From Sminthopsis crassicaudata (taxonomy: Eukaryota), in assembly GCF_048593235.1 (NCBI RefSeq), contig NC_133617.1:5709607-5773606 (forward strand): a stretch of DNA of 64,000 nt, in the 5' to 3' direction. A program made the position numbers and the translations under genes. Shown here in pieces: positions 1-12,480 of the stretch. Every line of letters starts with the position of its first letter. The stretch's first letter is position 1. Under the pieces are notes generated by a model. That model had not been told where the DNA came from and made no database searches. It saw only the letters and a program-made list of their open reading frames with translations.

Positions 1-300
1 TGGAGGCTGGCCCAGGATGTGGTGGCAAGCCCTTCTGCCTCACTCCCCCTTAACCCCGGACCCACAGTTTCCGCTTTTATACTGATGAAAGGGGCCATGG
101 TCCTTCAATGCTGAGATCTGAGGGGATCAGGGTGGCTTATGGTAAATGGAGCCTGGCAAGGAAAGTGATGCATATTTAGGGTTAAAGCCAACTGAAAGGG
201 GTCTGGGGCCTCCACAAATGCGTCATTGTTCCATGAAAGGACCAGCATCCCCCTTACATAGCCTCTCCCTGAAATCCCCAAGATTGGCACAATGGTTTAA
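1..300 (-). promoter_or_regulatory. 5' flank/promoter of a further LRC-type paralog whose leader exon should lie just left of the window
   Basis: Co-linear homolog of 48161-48500, which lies directly upstream of the gene B ATG; minus strand reads TATAAAAGCGGAAACTGTGGG at 61-82. Confidence 0.7.
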
Positions 301-467
301 CACCACAGCCCAGAACTGACCTCAGACCCTTGGTTCAGATGGAGGGTGAGCACATGTTCTATGCATGGTATGACTTCTGTCCCAAGTGTCATTTCCTGCT
401 GTTTTGGTGTGAACCTTGCCATCCACAACACAAGCACAACAATAATGCAATAATGATGTATATCATT

Positions 468-660
468 TCTATAGCACTTTCATTTTGGCAAATGTTTTAC
501 AAATATGTTCTCAACATATTTGAGCAGCCTGGAATGCAGAGTCTATATTGTCCCCATTTTACAAATGAGAAAACTGAGGCACAGAGTTAGTTTTTTGGCC
601 TTAGCTCACACAGCTTGTAATGATCTAAGTTAAGTTTTGACTGCAGCCTTTCCTGATTTC
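468..660 (-). mobile_element. MIR-type SINE remnant
   Basis: ccccattttacaaatgagaaaactgaggcacagag MIR core; homologous copies at ~31350-31540, ~48650-48830 and ~60660-60840. Confidence 0.6.
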
Positions 661-3600
661 CAGTCAGTTAAAATCAAGAATCGGACAAATAATGTAGGAA
701 TCTGTTGCCCTTTATTTCCAGGTAGATAAATGGCTCAGTGACTGCATCTCCTATAGGATGCCGCAGTAGACACACTTTTCAGCCAAGAATTGGCCAGCCT
801 TATTCTTGGCTGCTCTGATTATTCTAGGGTCAGCCATTGCTCCTACCCTGACAATAAAGCCTTGACCAGGACATCTCAGGAGTCAGTCAGGACATCACTG
901 ACTCTTCTCACCTGCCTTGCCCATCATTATTCAATACTTTTCTGGCTCACAATTCCATTAGACGGGCCGCATCCCACCTAGACAGGACCCAAATAAAACT
1001 CAGTGACCAGTTATGGAGCTTCCACTTTATCATCCCTCCTGTGCAGTTGCTGGAAATGCAATGAGAAAGGACATTGCTTATGGAGGTTATACTTTACTGG
1101 TGAACACAAAAATATATTTCAGAATGAGCTTCTAGGCTCTATGGTTTTGCACTACTCTCACTTAAACATGTGTTTACGTACATGTTTCAGTACATGTTTC
1201 TACAAGGATCCTGCTCCACAAGCAAAATCAGATCAAAAAGGGAACAATAGGAGAAAGAAAATTAGGTACTAGCAAATAGAAAAAAGTGAAAATGCCATGT
1301 TGGGATCCACACTTAGTCCCCTCAGTCATCTCTCTAGTTGCAGATGTCTCTCTCCATCTGAAGACCATTGGAACCCTCCTGAATCATCTCGCTCTTGAAG
1401 GAAGCCATGTCCATCAGAATTGTCATTGTGTAATCTTGTTGCTGTATATAAAATTCTCTTGGTTCTACTCACTTCACTTAGCATTGGTTCATATAAGTCT
1501 CCCCTGGCCTTTCTGAAATTATCCTGCCGATCATTTTTTATAGAACAATAATATCCCATAACATTTATATACCATATTCAAAAATGGTTCCCATTTGTTA
1601 ATTTTGTAGGAGTAGGTGTTGAGGATGAGGCAAAGGGAACTGGTAAAAAGTGAAGTGAATTAAATAGATGAAGGTAAAATAACTGAAGATACATAATTCT
1701 TTATTTATATTTGAAATGCTTAAATTTATGCAAATTCCATTTGCATAAAATAATAAAATAAATGGAGGAAAATAGAAACCTAAAAGTCAGAATTTTACAT
1801 GGAAAGATAGTAAAAATTTAAGAAAATTTAAAAAAAGAATTACAGACTGGATAAGCAAACACCCACCCACCATTTGTTCTTTAAAATAAACACATTAAAA
1901 AACATAGCCACATCTTTTGCTCTTTTGGAATGAATAATATAAAAAAGAACAACAGCAATGACAACAACAATGGCTATCATTTATATGGCATTTTCCATTT
2001 GGTACAGTACTTTATACATTTTGGGTAATTGTCACAAAAATATGGAAGTTAAGTTCTATATCATCCCCAGAGGTTAAATTAGTTGCCTAGATTCATAGAG
2101 CTAATTAATATCCAAGGTAAAATATGAACTCATGTCTTTCTGACTCTAAATTAGTTGAAGTCATGAATCTGTCACCAAATATTGTAGAATTTGTTGTATT
2201 TCACTTCTAGGTGTTTAAAGGCCTCAGTTACAGCATCTCCTGTAAAACACTACAATACAGCACCTTTTAATCTTAGAATGGACAGCCATAGTAGACAGCA
2301 ACTGACCTCTCTGTTGGCATTTCCATTAGGCATTGTATCAACCTGAATGTTTTCTCTTGACAAAGATCTCTTGAGAGTCCTTCAGGCCAACATATAATTG
2401 AGCTGGGATTCCTATATATTATGACTCAACACTTTTCTGCCTAAAGTCCTCCCTAGATAAGACCCAGGTCATAGGTCTTTATGACCATTTATTAATCCAG
2501 GTGCTGTGAATGTAAAGACAAGAGAGACAGAATTGTCCTTATGGAGCGTATACTCTCTTGATGAGGGTAAAAATATATTGAAGTATACTTGTCAGTACAA
2601 CATGTATATGCAAAATGATTTTTGGGTGGAAGACAGAGCTTCCGATTCCCAAAGGCATAAAGTGAGACTTGGGGAATGTGGGCTGGATATAGGAGGGACT
2701 GAATTTGCAATAAATGGATATAGTAGGAGAGAGTCTGCTTCTCAGCAAGAAAGCTTTTTCCTGGGTAACCTCTGAGTGGAGGCCCTGGGCAGCAGTAAAT
2801 AATCAGCCCTTCACTTCTGTAAAAATATGATTGACTTAATTTTCATTCTTCTTGGAAGGAAAAGGGGGTGACACATGATTGGAGTTTCTGATCCTCTCTG
2901 GTGCATAATCAGTGATAATCATTTATGAGACATCCAATGTTGACTACATTTTCTGGTAACTCCTTTGGATAGAAAGTCAGAAAGATGCTTAAGGAGCTTC
3001 CAGTTTTTCAAGTCAAAACCTGTACATAGGTGGGTTTTTAGGTCAAATAAGTATAAAACAGCATCACTACAAAATAATGAGTTGAAGGGAGTAGCTAGTG
3101 TGAAAGGCATACTTAGCCTTAGTGGCTGAGGATGTGGAAATGTTTTATGCGAATATGGTGTGTGAGTAGAGAGAACCTCTGAGGTAAAGGTCAGGGGAAG
3201 TGCATTACAGAATTGACACACAGTCCAAACAATCATATATCTCTCTCCAGACATAAATATAATTGTCTACTCAAACATGTATTTTTTTTTTAATTTGATG
3301 ATTTGGTTATTTTAGGGAATGGAAAGTTTGAGATATAAACAATATGGTGAGACAGCAACGCCATACACACCTGAAATCCCCCCTCCTATCTAGAGAAGTG
3401 ATGGTGAAGTTACAGGTTCTGAGAACACTGTTGAAAATGCTGTGGCCTCTTAGATATAGGAACTTCAGCAGAGCAACAAAGAGCGATCTGTGCAGGAGCT
3501 GCAGTATGAATTGGCCCGCCACACTTTTCACTGCATGCTTTCCATCCTGGAGATGAAGTCTACCTACCTTAAGAGGTTTTAGTGAATTGGTGGATTTCAG

Positions 3601-3709
3601 CCAGCCAAGGAAGATCTCTTCCAAGTGTTCTGACAACTCCTGCTGCAACTAAGATCAAGAAAAAGACATTTGGACAAATGGAAAAACCTGTTCCTTCTAT
3701 AGATCATAA

Positions 3710-3781
3710 TTTTATTTTGTTATTTTATTTTTATTATGTTTATATTTTATTTTATTTTATGTTTTATGTTATTTTATTTTT
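3710..3781. repeat. (TTTTA)n-like simple repeat
   Basis: Seen directly. Confidence 0.85.
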
Positions 3782-4616
3782 GTCCTCATCATTTTTACTT
3801 CTGATAATTCTTCCCTGTCTTTTCACTCTTCCCAGGATACTGAAGAAGCAATAAACACCCATCTTTCTGGCAAGCTCATATTCAGGAACATGAATGTTTT
3901 TTTCCCCTACCACTTGCTTTATGTTTCACATTTGAATTAGTTTAATTGTGACAGATGGTATTGGTAACCTTTGTTTTATTGTTTTGATTCTGGTATTTTT
4001 TGTTATTCTTAGGAGGACTTGAAGATGGAGGACCTGGTAAGTAATTTCCTTCCTTCATGGGATTTTTCTGGTTGAGGATTTTGTCATATATGACAGGCTG
4101 GTTTCTTTTGATTTTGTAACTATTTGTTATATCTATTATTATATGCCTGAATACAATTATTATAACATGTGAATCTAGACTTTCTTGTGGTTGCTTAGTT
4201 TCATTATTATCAATTGTACTTTCCTTCCCCACTTACTTTCATGAATACTGGAAAAGAGTCAGTGCTATTATTAAAATGCATGGTGAAACAGGACAGACTT
4301 TACATCACTTGAAGTTATTGGACCTCATGGGTATTGGGTATGTCATCAAGGAGAGACCTAACAACTTATGGGATGTGGGAATAATACTCTCCCACAACAA
4401 AGATTCAGTAAATCTTGACAGATTTAGCTTTAGTTCAGTATAACTTGTATGGCCGTAATATAAAGATACAAAACTAGCCCTAAGTCCATGATTTTTACTT
4501 ATCTGGGAAATGATTTCATTTAATTGAAGGTAAAGACTTTCTAGGTAATACAAAAGTACATTGCAATGTCTCTTATTTTGAGTTTGCCTCTAGGAGTGTA
4601 CTTCTCCCACCTTTTC

Positions 4617-4619
<3 letters not shown>

Positions 4620-4672
<53 letters not shown>
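4620..4672. repeat. (TA)n microsatellite
   Basis: Seen directly. Confidence 0.95.
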
Positions 4673-7642
4673 CTCCAGACCATTACCCCTGTAACACCTT
4701 TGACTATAGTAAAGTATGTGATTGGATCCACAGCATTGCAATCTGTAGTATAACTGAGGGAAATCTCTTCATTTTGTTAGACCTTGTTTCTACAAGAATT
4801 ATGCAGAACATGAGCACAAGTTTGTTTCCTTAGCAAGCTACCTGTCTTTGACTGGATTAGACATGTCAACATGTCAACAATTTTGCTAGACAAAATTCAA
4901 TTTCCATTAAACTTACATGGAGTCCAATAGTCCTTGGTCAATTTTTCTTCTATGGAGATAAGGCCTATCTATGTCTTCCTTCCTTTACAATGGTTTAGAA
5001 TATGTAGGATTGTTTTATTAACCAGTCAGAGGAAATTATGATGATTCTTCACAAAATTCAACTTATTATAATAGAGACACCATTACCTGACCCAAAAGAA
5101 CGTTGGTAGAATCTCCCCTCTTGTTTTACTTAGTCTCACTGAAATGAGTTATTCCTCAACCTAGGCACATAGGCTGTTCTTGCTTTAGTTATGATTTTTA
5201 CTTCTGTGCTATGCATTTACTATTGCCCTAAGTTGTGTGAGAAAATGGAGCTACTGGTATTGTTACACAATTCTTATTCTGATTCTTTAGATATGAGAAA
5301 CCCTATGGATTTTGTTTATAGATAAGTGATTAACTGGAATTAGGCCAGAGTTATATTAATTCCCCTTAATCAAAATTTGGCATTGATGAGATAAAATAAA
5401 AAACATGGCCCAAATGGAGTTGATTTGGTATGGAAATCAAGAGAACCAATCAGATTTTATCTAATGAACACTGACTTTGTGTTGTGCTATTATAGGTGTT
5501 CTTCTCCAAGTGTTATTCTGTTATTCCACCATGGGAAACTATATTGTATAAACCATGTACATTTTATATATGCTAGTGCATTCAGTTAATCAAGATCTTT
5601 CCATTTTATGAATAGATAACCCTAGAACCTTCTTGTACTGTTCCTAAATTGACCAAAATTCATTCTCTCTATTTCTCAACTTGGGAAATCCCTAATCCTT
5701 CCTTTAAAAACCAGATGACCTATTTTTCTTCAAAGTAGAAGTAGGCATTATTCTTTATATATTATAAATGGGGATGAAAAATTGATAACATTACTTATCA
5801 ATGCTAATGGGACGATATCTATTTTCATTCCCCCCCCACAATTTTAAATCAACCTTCAGTTTGCATTCAATCAAACAACATTTTGGCGAAAGAAGTATTT
5901 CTTTTCTGTTACATTGACATGAACTACATGAAGGTTCAAAACTTTTTGCTAAAATCAGGATTTCATAATTTACATCAAATTTGACATCTATAAAATAAAC
6001 AAGGTATTTAAGTTACCACAATCCAGTAGATTACCAAGTTTTATACCCTGTTTTGTAGCCTGGTTAATTGAGTTTTTATCATTATAATTATGTAGGATTC
6101 ACAGCTCAGTGAATAGACTAAGTATGGATATGAAATGAAGATGTACTAGTTAGGTGGGATTTGTCTAAGTCTGAGATCCAGAGATTATATACTCTTTAAA
6201 TTAATATAGCATCAACACCAGATGTCTCTAGGTGGCATTGTATACAGCAGCACTGTATACGTTCCAGGGTTAAGGTATAAAGCACACTTGGACATTTCAG
6301 TTTGACATTAACCTTAAATAGTTATTAGCAGTAACAATACCAGAGTTGTAAATGGCAGCGAAGAACAGTAACAATGTACCCATCATAACAAAGTTATAAA
6401 TAATATAGTTCGTGATGTCCTATTATTGTCACATGCATTCTTCACCAAGATTATCTTAAATTTGCCTCGAGCATGTCTGTCATTCATAGTTACAGGAGAC
6501 AGTGCTTTGAAGTGAGCCCTTATAGAAAGCACATCTCTAGCAATACCTGGATCTGATTCTTCCTGTGCATGAACTTATTCAATACTGGCCTTCTATATTA
6601 TTATGTTAAATAATATGTTATAATATTGCATCATAATATAATATTATGTTATAACAACATTAAATTTTTATAATTCATTGGTCTTCTTTGGTTACTTGTT
6701 TTCTGTATGAAAAATCTGCTTCACTCTGTATTGTCTTTGCATTTAGTGGAGAATCCAGTGATCAACTGTTTCTGACTGCCCAACTATTAAGTTACTTTTG
6801 CTCTGATTGCTTTCTCAGTTGTCATTAGTTACTATCCAGAGCTCCCTGATCAAGTAGACAACATTCAAAATACTATATTCAGTGATGAGTGTGTTCCTAA
6901 AGGAAGAATGTGGAGAAACTGGAGAAAATCCACTGAGTAGATAAAAATAAATCTATTGCTAGAAAGGAGCTCAGTGATGATCTATTTCAGACCGCTTATT
7001 TTGCAGCTCAGGAAATTCTGGCCCAGGGAACTAATTGATATGCTCAATTTAAAATAAGGGAAGACAATTCCACATAAAGATAGGTAAAACTAATTGGTAA
7101 TATTCAGCCTGGTAAAAACTGTGAATATGGTGAAACTGGTGAAGCAACATTAATATCTTTATTTTTAAAGATATATTTCTATTAATATGTTTTAATTTAT
7201 ATATGTTCAGAATTTCTTCCAGATATCTGAGACATTTCTTAAGGTTTCTCTGAGGAATTTTTGAATTGATTGTGAGACATGGGAAAAAGTGGGTCTCCTA
7301 GCATTGTATGTCCACATCAAAGAAGGCTTTGTGATCTATGCAATAATTTATAAAATATCATAAATGCTAAAATTTAGGAACAACTTCACTCTCTAAGTGT
7401 TCACATGGGCTATTTGTACCCAGTCTGTGTAGTAGCTTCTGAGTTCATCTTGGTCTGAACAGACATAGTTAGGACAAACTATGCCTTGAGCCCAACATAG
7501 TGATGCCATTTTGGTCCTCTTTAAGAATGAAGGACAACAACCAGTCAATAAAATTGATATATATTAATTCTCAGAGAACTGAAAAAAAAAGCAAAAATGC
7601 AAAAGCCAAAAATAAAATGACAATAAAATGGTAATTGGTTGA

Positions 7643-8122
7643 TGTTAGGTTCTTATTAAGTGCTAACGAGATAATGAGATATTGGGTTCTTACTAAGTGC
7701 TAAGTCAGTACTTAACAATTCTCTGCTTCTGCCCTTTAAGGGGATTTTTACCCCTTTGAACTTCCGGGGAGGAGCTTACGTGTTTAAGAGGAGCAAGTTC
7801 ATTGGTTGAAGTATTTTTTCCCAGAAACCCCAAAGTCATTCCCATCTGATCATCCTAGAAGTTTGCTATTACTTCAGTGCATTTCACTTTGCTTGAATTT
7901 GTGGTTCCAGGTTTTTCTGAAAACATCCCACTCATCATTTTTTTGTAAAGTTCTGTTGTCTGCAGAGACTGCCAATCGCTCTCTGGGAGAAGATGTGCTG
8001 TCTCAACTCAATCTCTCCACCAGATTCTTCTTCCTGACCTAGAGTCAAGACTCCCCCTCCTTGCTCAATGTTGCTTCTTTTATCCTCCCAGAGAATGGGC
8101 GTGGAATAACTCAGGGGCTTCT
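7643..8122. mobile_element. Rearranged LTR: 5' part in + orientation (~7643-7830), 3' part inverted (~7945-8122)
   Basis: Starts tgttaggttcttattaagtgctaa, as do the LTRs at 24889 and 56564; 7945-8122 is the reverse complement of the R/U5 part of the 56564-56996 LTR. Confidence 0.7.
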
Positions 8123-8269
8123 TGTATCTCAAACAGAAGACATAAACCAAAATAAAAAATCACATAGTGAAATTCTAAATAATGAATGAGTCAAAGAACA
8201 AATAAAAAAACCAATATTTATATGAAAGAAAAATTAATTTTATTATTTTTTTCTTCTGAAATCTTTCTT

Positions 8270-8720
8270 TTTTATTAATTTTATAATTATAACATTTTTG
8301 ACAGTACATATGCATAGGTAATTTTTTACAACATTATCCCTTGTACTCCCTTCTGTTCCGAATTTTTCCCTTCCTTCCCTCTACCCCCTCCCCTAGATGG
8401 CAGCCATTACCATACATATTAAATATCTTATAGTATATCCTAGGTACAATAGATATGTGCAGAACAGAATTTTGTTGTTGTTGTTGCAAAGGAAGAATTA
8501 TATTCAGAAGGTAAAAATAATCTGGGAAGAAAAACAAACAAACAAAAAAAGCTTACAGTTTACACTCATTTCCCAGTGTTCCTTTTCTGGGTGTAGCTGA
8601 TTCTGTCCATCATTGATCAATTGGAATTGGATTAGCTCTTCTCTATGTTGACGATATCCACTTCCATCAGAATACATCTTCATACAGTATCATTGTTGAA
8701 GTGTATAATGATCTCCTAGA
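8270..8720 (-). mobile_element. L1 3'UTR fragment
   Basis: Reverse complement of the 3'UTR seen in the L1 copies at 35750-36120 and 39000-39420 (ccccctcccctagatggcag, gatcaattggaattgg). Confidence 0.8.
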
Positions 8721-8739
8721 TGATAGTTCAACACTAAGA

Positions 8740-11390
8740 AAACAAGCAAAATGATTCTTTGAAAAACGAATAGAAAAGTCCAAAATTATATGATTTATCT
8801 CAATAGACATGGAAAAAACTTTGGATAGAGTACAGCACTCATGTGTACTAAAAACTCTACAAAGATTAGGAGTTTTTTTTTTAAATATCATGTAATATCA
8901 TCTGTAATGAAATGCATATATCATTTACAATGAGGAAACTTTCCTATTAAATGTAAAAATTAAAGATGGATATTTATTCTTCCTAGTTTTATTTGATATA
9001 GGTGTGGAATTATTACCAATAGAAAGCATGAAAGAGACCAAAATTAAAGGCATATGTTTAGGCAGAGAGATTATAGAATTGTAAAGTCCGAGCTAGCTTC
9101 CTGAAGGGCTCAGAATCAGTCAGAGTCAGGATAAGCAAAATTCTTAGCCCCACATTGGGCGCCAAAATGTAATGTTCTGTTTCTCTAAATTGTAATTCAT
9201 TCTCTGTGGGCAGATCTCTTGGGTAGCTTCTGGAGCCAGCCTTAGTTTTAATTTCAGTTCAATAATCCCAAAATGCAGCCAGGAGTTAAAGTCCAGATCC
9301 TATATTGTGTCTTTCAAAGTCTTGAATATTTTCTTGTGGTCTGGCTAGCTTTAATAGCTCTTGTCAGAATGTCTTCAGCCTGCTTCAGTCTCCAGCTCCC
9401 TCTGAATCCAAAGCCTCCAGCCAGCACGAAGGTAAGCAAGGGAATGAATAAGACTCTGCCTCCAAGAGTGTGGGATTGTAGGTTTCCCAGAATTCAATAC
9501 TAGATGTGAATCTAGTCCATGAGTAGGCTTTTCCTTTCGACTTGTGAATCTGATGGACTTGCGAATCCACTGAATCCTAGCTCTGAATCTCCTTGAGCTT
9601 CCCGGAAGTTCTCCTCTTGACTCCAATCTAGACTCCTTCCAGACTGGCTTCCCCACTCAATATTGGCTCCTTATATCCTCCCAGAGAATGGGCTTGTGGG
9701 TACTCCAGGGGTTTGTGGGAACTCCTTACAGAATCAATGAATGAGCTCCTTTAAAGATGTTAACTCCTTTAAAGGTGTAAGCTCCTTTAAAGATATAAAC
9801 TCCTTTTAAAGGTGTGAACTAAGTGCTTTACTTTGTCTCAAGTTCTGGCCCATAATATCTGCAAGAATCCTAACATAGAACTATCTACATGTGCTGATAA
9901 TATAAGGATTTACTTAAATCCTGGGGAACTAAACAAGATAATTTAAGCAATACTTCATGTTAAAAAAAACTCACAAAACGACTACTTTTCTAAGTAATAT
10001 CAATACTCAAGAAGCAATAAAAATTGTATCTTTTCAAATAACTCCAAAGCACATGAAGTATCTGGGGATAAACTACCAGTTTTTATATAAAAAAATCATT
10101 TAAGATAATTTCAATTACAATACTCTCCTTAAAATATAAAAATATAAATATCTGGAAGAATATTCAGTGCTCATGACTAAACAGTATTAATATGTGCCAA
10201 AATAGTGACATTATTTTCAAAGTTGATTAATATTTTTCATGTTAAAGACCTTAACAAAAATAATAAAAATTCTCTGAGAAAAATAAAAAAATTAAATGTT
10301 CAATGAAATGGTAAAAAGAAGTAAGAGTGAAGGGAGAATAGTACTTCCAGTCTTTAAATTATGTTATACAGCAGTAAATATAGAATAATCTGCTATTGGT
10401 TAAAAATAGAGAAGACTAATAAAAGGGAAATCAGTCAGAGAGACAATGAAAATGATACAAATAGACACTCCCACCTTGCTGATTCCAAGAGAATGGAGCC
10501 AACAATTGATCGATATTGCACATATTTTCAGACATCTTTGACATTGAACAGCTATGTTGACTGTTCCTCTTCTTATTCTACTTTTTCTTAAAATACTATT
10601 TGTTATATGATATTGTTTTATGGAAAGTACATAAGGAGAGATTCTGTCAAAATCATGGTGATACAAAAACACAGTATAAAAATTTATTTTAAAGATAATT
10701 TGAAATTAAGTAAACTGATTTATCTCATGGAAAAGTTCAAAAAAATAAAGTCTAAGAAAACCAACTAATTAGAGAAAGACCACAAGGTGGAGACTACTTG
10801 CTATATTTGCAGTCCTTTACTAAGTGATCTTCTATAGTCAAGATCTATTTGTGTCTTTGTGGAAGAAGTCCTGAGAATAAAGATCTGATTAAAATGTATA
10901 AGAAGTAATGACATTACATAATCAATTGTGCTCAAATGGCGTGAACATATTTTTATTTTTATTTTTTCCAAAAAATAATTTAATCTACCAAAATAAAAGT
11001 TGTTAATCATAGATAATCAAAAATACTAATTAAAGTAACTTAAGTTATACCTCCTTTTTTCCCCAGAATATTAAAATCTATAAGTTAAAAATAAAAGAAA
11101 GTCATTGAAAGAGGCCATGGGGAAATGGACAAATGACAAAACTTTATTGTTAGCTATAAAATGAGCAGACATTCTGAAAATCATTTGAAATTAAAATCAA
11201 TAATCTGGCACATCTTTTAAGTAACAGTGAAAGAGAATAAGGAGCCATATGTATAAAACTATTAATAGAATATTTTTTAATTGGCAAAGATCTGGAAACT
11301 GAAACATTAATCATTATTTGGAAAATGGCTGATCAAAAATGACATATGAGTGTATTATGATGTTTTTGGACCAAAAGAAATTAAGTTGCT
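8740..11390 (+). mobile_element. Old, decayed L1 ORF2 (RT region), interrupted by the LTR element at 9080-9875
   Basis: AT-rich; atatgatttatctcaatagacatggaaaaaactttggatag resembles the L1 RT motif HMIISIDAEKAFDKIQ; ends approximate. Confidence 0.55.
9080..9875 (-). mobile_element. ERV LTR (9168-9875) + tRNA-Lys primer-binding site (9147-9164) + 67-bp LTR-like terminus
   Basis: TG..CA ends; minus strand TGGCGCCCAATGTGGGGC matches PBS-Lys1,2; flanks tagaat (9074-9079) / tagaac (9876-9881). Confidence 0.8.
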
Positions 11391-11514
11391 GAGGACAACA
11401 TCAAAGTCTCTGTAGACCCTCACACTGTGTCTCTTGGCCAGAACCAAGGCCACATATTTTCTTGTAGGGACTGAGGAATGGAGAGGGTATTGGAACCCTT
11501 CCATTTTCTTCTCA

Positions 11515-11792
11515 TTTCACCTAGAAGCATCACTAAGCTTCTAGAGACTTCCATTGGTGCCAGACTGGTACCTATACCTGTAATTGCCAGGTTACATGGG
11601 GATCACATAAATCAAGAAGAACTAGGCCCAATCTTCATGAGTTTCCATGCTAGGCGGAATTCCTTCAACTCCCTCCTTGTACAGAACCAAACCTAGTAGT
11701 CCCTGAGGCTCCCCAGCATAGGATGGTAACATTGGTCTCTGAGACCTCCTCTAGGCCAAGCCAGACTAAGAGGGAAAGTTTGGGGAATGTAT
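11515..11792 (-). pseudogene. Decayed D5-type Ig exon (unit E)
   Basis: cag|AT ACA TTC CCC AAA CTT TCC..., DTFPKLSLLVWLGLEEVSETNVTILCWG, then a +1 frameshift. Confidence 0.8.
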
Positions 11793-12214
11793 CTGGAAAT
11801 GAAAATGCAAATTATAAATGCTTAAAGCCCCCTGCACAATTGCGATAGGGGTGGGTGGATGGGGAGCAAAACTACAGAGGTTTGTGAAAAACTCCCCTGA
11901 CCACCAGCCTGTGCTTCCATTGACTCTTTGACTGTTCATTGCCCAGTCTGTGTCCCTGAACAGGGGTAGATTTTAAACCTCAGATTGGCACTATCCAGAA
12001 AAGGATGGTTGTTTCTCCTATCATTTTTATCACTTCGGTTTGGTACAGTATTTGAGCAGGTCCATCTTTGTTCTGTATTTTCTATGGGACGCCCAGTTTT
12101 AGTCCCAATTTCTACTTCATTATGCTCAAAGGGCCCCGAAAAATAGATCCTCCCAGATAATTGTGAGGTGCCTTTCAATTCTACTTCTCATCCCTCTATT
12201 TTATGCCATAGGTT

Positions 12215-12480
12215 GAACACACAGATATCTAGGAACTCATTGAACTTCAACATGTGGTATGGAGCCATCCTCTTCCAGTAGACACAGCTGTGGTTGCTAG
12301 CCTCCTGACCCATCATGCTCATTCCCATAAGCATCTGCTTCATCATTATCATCATCATTTTCTCCATCTTCTTCATCACCATAACCAGTATAACCACTAC
12401 CAACACCAGCACCAGCACTTCAACTACTATTTTTTTGGGCCACGATTATCTCAACGACCACTATCATTACTATCAAGGCT
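12215..12480 (-). pseudogene. 3' remnant of a D4-type Ig exon fused to a (CAT/CAC)n repeat (unit E)
   Basis: GQEASNHSCVYWKRMAPYHMLKFNEFLDICV aligns with D4 AQDAGNYTCVYSERMAPYQVSEPSDALEIWV; the 5' half is replaced by trinucleotide repeat. Confidence 0.7.

Noticed and set aside
3307-3700. Possible decayed coding segment or processed pseudogene (overlapping 70-113 aa ORFs)
   Set aside because: No recognisable motif, stops in the alternative frames, and no homolog in the window; a translated database search would be needed
4000-7600. AT-rich block possibly derived from an ancient retroelement
   Set aside because: I could not identify diagnostic RT/IN motifs by eye; left unannotated
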